Shown here: positions 59,449 to 64,000 of the stretch, piece after piece
Position numbering within the stretch: position 1 is the first letter of the stretch
How the letters are laid out: every line of letters starts with the position of its first letter
NCBI GenBank assembly: GCA_032718475.1
Contig: JAUCBJ010007265.1
Span: 5,518-69,517, forward strand
Origin: Nemertoderma westbladi
Lineage: Eukaryota > Animalia > Xenacoelomorpha
Direction of reading: 5' to 3'
Length of the DNA: 64,000 nucleotides
Notes under the pieces: model-generated
Database searches by the model: none
What the model saw: the letters and a program-made list of their open reading frames with translations, nothing else
What the model was told of the DNA's origin: nothing
Position numbers and translations under genes: made by a program

Positions 59449-61277
59449 ATCTGCTATATGAGTTTATCAATATTATAATGAGTTTATATTTAGGCTAGCG
59501 GGCGTCGCTGCCTACCCCCTCTCGGCCCCCGGACAGCGCAAGATCCTCAGCGCTGGTGTACTTTCGCCGATGTGCCTTTCGCCAACGTCGTAGCTGCACA
59601 ACGACCACAACAACCAGCGCGAGTCACTCCACCGTCCGTCCCAAAGGCTTAGATTTACTTCAGGTTCTTACTGGAGAGTTAGGGCTACTTTCACAATTGC
59701 GACTCGCTACTGTAAACACACTTTAGTAGTAACATTCACCTATAAACGCACAAATTCCACACAACTGTCACAAATCGCACACATTCGGGCCATTTGTCCG
59801 TTAGTCAGTGCCTTCCAGAATGCCACGTTATTATTGGGTATCCTGGGATACTAGCAGTGTGCTATTTATTCCTTATGCTATTCAATGGGCAAGCTTTATT
59901 GTTCTTTTAACTCACTTCTAATTCTAGCGTGGTTGTTGCCATGGTGACATTATGGAAAGCTAGCGGTAGAATTAGGGTAATTCCCATGCATACAGATCTG
60001 GGATGCTATTTAATAGTAATTCTTTAATTGTCAATATTTCTCTTTATACATGATTTTATGAATTTTATCGGCTATTGACTATATATTGGAGATTCTCGCA
60101 CACTAATATACTTAATAGGGTGAATCTCCGCTCCCATGATCTATTAATTTATGGAATTTTGGGAATGTTATAAATTGTATAAAAATGACAATTTATCAAA
60201 TTCATTAAAAGATGAATTTAAATTTATTCCCGTAAATTTTATTATTTAATATTAAATAGACACAATTAATTTTATTCCAGAACATGTCTGGGGACTGGGA
60301 TCCTTGATTCTAGGAAATTGATCTTTTTAAGAATATCGGTAAGTGCTACGATATCTTAATAGACTAGAATTTTAAAGGATCTAAAATTTGACAGATTTTG
60401 TAAATATTAATAATTAATATTTAGGATGGGCACCAGTTTATTCCAGAACATGTCTGGGGACGTTAACCACTGATTCTAGAATTTCGTCTTTCAAGTATAT
60501 CGGTCGGTGCCGCGATATCTTAATCGACTAGAATTACAGATGGTCAAAGGGATTAACAGATTTATTTTTGCGTTGTATGCTACTGTTAAAGGGACATCAC
60601 GCTACTATATGTATTATTTAAGATACGGTATGAGAGCAATATCGCACGAAGCAATGTCAGTGTGAAGAGGCAAGTCGTTTCCAAGGTCTACCCAGAGCTT
60701 GGTTTAGCCGAGACACGAGGATCTGAATTTTGCATTCCTAATACTCTACTTACCAATAATACTTGAATATAGTAGGAGCTTTATTGTACTTTAATAAGTA
60801 CGGACATTTCATCTTACTGTAGTCACGTATTTGTAATGTAATACGGACAGTAAGGAAAGAGAAAAGAATTATTTCTCGGCGTCGCACTAAATATATAATA
60901 TATAAGTAATTAAGTAATAAACGCGAATATACATTGCACTAATCTACTAAATAATCGCTAAAATAACATTCTACTAAATAAAATTAAAGAAAACGATTAT
61001 AATAAAATTACATAATAATACATACATAAATATAAAATAATAAAAACAAATATAAAATAATATAGTCACACACCCACTCCAGACGCTGTTACGTTGGGGA
61101 GTCCCTAGATGTTTGTTGGATTAGGGAGGTGGTCGTGGGAAGAGTATCTTGCCTTCCATAGTTTCCGGACAGTTCTCGGTCTCTTTCCAGTAAAAGTCTG
61201 AGATACACTAGTTCCTTCTGGTGAAGGGTTATTATTATTATACTCATCTGGTGCAATAAGTTTTGACTATGTTACAA

Positions 61278-63563
61278 TCAACAATTGTACTTTTGTGTAC
61301 ATGTTGAAGTAAATATACAAATATATACCATCAGTAAACATAAATGACCAACTGGGCGATTGAGCTGCTGTGTCTCGAAGACAATTCCAGGTTTCCTCTT
61401 CGTCCTGGAATAGTGACGATAGAAACATCGCTTCAAATACACGACGGCCTTACAAAGCCGATTCCAGGATTTATAGTGGTCCATCGCTCCCGGCAGGAGA
61501 GGTGAGAGTCCCGGCGAGACGTCTGGTGTTCCAGATCTCCAGTCTCTCTCTCTGATCTCCACAACAGATCGGTTCGCGGTGGGGGAGTTTAGATCCACAG
61601 CGTCGTCCCTGGCAATGTGTAGTACAGACAGATCTATCACGGGTTTAAATAACCTTGATTTACTCGTCCGGGTTTTAGGTTTGACTTTCTCCGCTCCCTT
61701 GGCTTGTCTAATCTCAGCCGTGGTAAGATGGGGATGCCATTCATCTTCTTTACTTAGGAAGTCGGGTCCACCTAACCAGTCTGGAGTATCTGTCAGTTCT
61801 TGAGGAGTTGCTCCTCTGGAAGCGATGTCGGCTAGATTAATCATCTCGGGGCAATGTCTCCATTGATCTACATTGGGGTTAATATCGTCATTATCTGAGG
61901 AGTATGGTGTTCCCTCAGTTGGATCGTCTACTTCACTACTCTCCACTTCCCATTCTCTTACTTGATATACCTGATCTTTTGGTAATCTTTCCATGAGAGT
62001 TCTACGGGAAGGGCCAGTAAAGTACCAACCCACTCTAGTTCTTCCCGCATAGGCTTGTAGTGGTTGCAGTTGAGCAGGCCGTTTCTCCAATGTCTCGAGC
62101 GCCTCATGCGCATTTTGACCGATGAGTATTTGCACTCCAGGGTAATCGGTGTTGAATCTAGGTATATCAAGCTGCTGGGTGAAATCGTCCTCATCCCAGT
62201 TATAAGGTTCCACTTGGCTGGTAGCGAAGTTCTTTATCGCCACCATTTTTACTGACCTTATACTATGTTCTCCTAGTTCATCCTGGGGTGTGGACAACGC
62301 ACCTAAATAATAATCCGCTATTACTGTAGATTTCCAAACCTGCATAATTCCTGACATGTTTAGCTTAGTTCGGAACTTGGGTTGTCCAGCAAAGATGTCT
62401 TCGGCTAGTTCTTTGTCGATGAATGTTCCTGTGCTACCGGAGTCAAGGAGGGCGTTCACTATATAACTCCTTTTAGGTCCGTGGACCCTTAACTGTACCA
62501 CAGGAAATTCTCGGATTCCTACATTGGAAGTTGGCGCTTTCCAAGATGGTTGTCGATCAGAAGTAGTTAGGGTGAGGTCGCTGTCTGTGTCTTTTTCATA
62601 CGTAAGTGCTCGATACACTGCGGTATTTATCATGTAACAGGATTCATTTTCGTCGGAGAATTCATCCGTATAGAATCCTTCCATCTCAGAACTTTGGTCA
62701 GTGTCGTTCACATCACTGAATTGGACATGTAGTTCGGAATCACTTACCTGACTCTGGCTGTTTCGCTCGAATTCAGTGTGCAACAAGATATGATGTTTCG
62801 CACCGCACTTTGCACACCTTGTGTCGGAGTAACAGGTTCGCCGTTGGTGTCCTTGTCTGAGGCAATTATAACACAACCGCTTATCCCACATGACTTCACG
62901 TCTATCCTTTAGTGATTTCCTAAGGAATTCATAACACGCACTTAAACGGTGGGGCCCGTCGCACAGCACACATTTTGGTTTGATGTTACTTACCTTACTT
63001 TGGGTAACGTTGTGCACACTCGTTCTTTCCTCGGGCTTTCTTACATGAATTCTCTTAGGAGACGTAGGAGGAGTTTTTCTTACCTGTTCTCTCCTGTCAT
63101 TGGTTCGAGACTTGAATTTACTTACATCCTTAGGCGTTTTGTTGTCATAGTAAGATCTTTCAGTGTCTTTCCCGCTGTCTTCCTCTTGAGAAGCCTGGCT
63201 TTCGCCGTCGTCTGTATAACACACTGGTATTACCTTTCTCCTAGAAACGGGTTTCTCACTTACCTTATTTTCCGGTGTCTTCTCTCTGGACTGCTTTAGG
63301 AGCTGTAATTTTACTTCTCCATCTAAGAATGACATGAGATCAGCCATGGTAGGGTCTCGTTGTTGTTGTTCCATCATATATAACACTTTCTTGTCCCAGC
63401 GTGTACCTACTCCACCCTTGGGCAAAGTAGATGCTAAGGCTCCTACAACCATAGAATTCTGGTATTCATGAGACTTACCTAACCAATATAGTTGTCTACA
63501 GATCTCCTGAATCTCGTCGGAAAACTCTATAATCCCGCTGCTAAGAAACTTTCGGGGCGCCAT
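61278..63563 (-). CDS. gag: BEL Gag-protease fused in frame to RNase H tail
   Basis: CVLC..HRL.AC / CYNCL..GH...C / CAKC..KHHILLH; LLDSGS; ILIG..AYAGRTRVGW; then directly QWRHCP..INLADIASRG..WLGGPDFL. Confidence 0.9.
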   Translation of the reverse strand: MAPRKFLSSGIIEFSDEIQEICRQLYWLGKSHEYQNSMVVGALASTLPKGGVGTRWDKKVLYMMEQQQRDPTMADLMSFLDGEVKLQLLKQSREKTPENKVSEKPVSRRKVIPVCYTDDGESQASQEEDSGKDTERSYYDNKTPKDVSKFKSRTNDRREQVRKTPPTSPKRIHVRKPEERTSVHNVTQSKVSNIKPKCVLCDGPHRLSACYEFLRKSLKDRREVMWDKRLCYNCLRQGHQRRTCYSDTRCAKCGAKHHILLHTEFERNSQSQVSDSELHVQFSDVNDTDQSSEMEGFYTDEFSDENESCYMINTAVYRALTYEKDTDSDLTLTTSDRQPSWKAPTSNVGIREFPVVQLRVHGPKRSYIVNALLDSGSTGTFIDKELAEDIFAGQPKFRTKLNMSGIMQVWKSTVIADYYLGALSTPQDELGEHSIRSVKMVAIKNFATSQVEPYNWDEDDFTQQLDIPRFNTDYPGVQILIGQNAHEALETLEKRPAQLQPLQAYAGRTRVGWYFTGPSRRTLMERLPKDQVYQVREWEVESSEVDDPTEGTPYSSDNDDINPNVDQWRHCPEMINLADIASRGATPQELTDTPDWLGGPDFLSKEDEWHPHLTTAEIRQAKGAEKVKPKTRTSKSRLFKPVIDLSVLHIARDDAVDLNSPTANRSVVEIRERDWRSGTPDVSPGLSPLLPGAMDHYKSWNRLCKAVVYLKRCFYRHYSRTKRKPGIVFETQQLNRPVGHLCLLMVYICIFTSTCTQKYNC

Positions 63564-64000
63564 TAATTTCGCATATAAATACCTAGCTATGTTAGTCCTA
63601 TTACCATACCAGTAGTAGAGGAAGAGGTGACCCCAGCATAGTCCTCCCTAGCCTGGGCTACGGGCCACATCTCCGAGGCAATTAAAAAATGCCAAATTCC
63701 GGTGCTAAATTGTGGTGTTTAATGACCATCTGTCACCAACAGTATTCTTGCCTTCAGCCAATCGCTGCGTATCACCTACGCGTAGCCTAACCTCGCGATG
63801 CCCGCCTTACTCGACAACTGTTACCACCCGCGAGTATTGATTCGTGTCGTTGCATCAACCAACCATCTCATATTCATCTTCGCGCGTAACCAAACTTCTC
63901 ATCGCGTGGCTAGCCCCACACTACCCTATTATATCGAATCGATTGCCAACTCACCACGGCTGTCACCAATCCATTCAACCAAGCAACCTACCAGTCCAGC

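Larger units (their letters stand above)
56680..64000 (-). mobile_element. BEL/Pao LTR retrotransposon, internally deleted (no RT, no IN), extends beyond window
   Basis: gag triple Cys motif, protease and RNase H tail in 61278-63563; extra ORF remnants 57927-59448; LTR and PPT candidates. Confidence 0.85.

Overview
AT-rich, repeat-dense eukaryotic (probably invertebrate animal) genomic window, almost entirely nested and decayed transposable elements. In order: the 3' end of a piggyBac; a 53/57-bp satellite; a divergent, apparently intron-containing Helitron-like gene (OTU + HUH Rep + PIF1-like helicase fragments); MITEs; RTE, CR1/L2 and RTE-X LINE remnants; three BEL/Pao LTR retrotransposons (all minus strand); a Penelope-like remnant with a type I hammerhead ribozyme; an ISL2EU-like element containing a Harbinger MITE; an Academ element with ~1.3-kb TIRs; and a ~2.6-kb direct duplication. 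The only convincing non-TE gene is an intronless, divergent forkhead-domain ORF (47997-49946). The most striking observation is a near-complete BEL/Pao element (22118-33756). Downstream of integrase and a tandem hairpin array it carries an intact extra ORF with WRN/RNase D-type DEDDy 3'-5' exonuclease motifs instead of env. A second, distinct BEL element has a decayed ORF in the same position. All assignments come from motif recognition by eye; no database searches were run.
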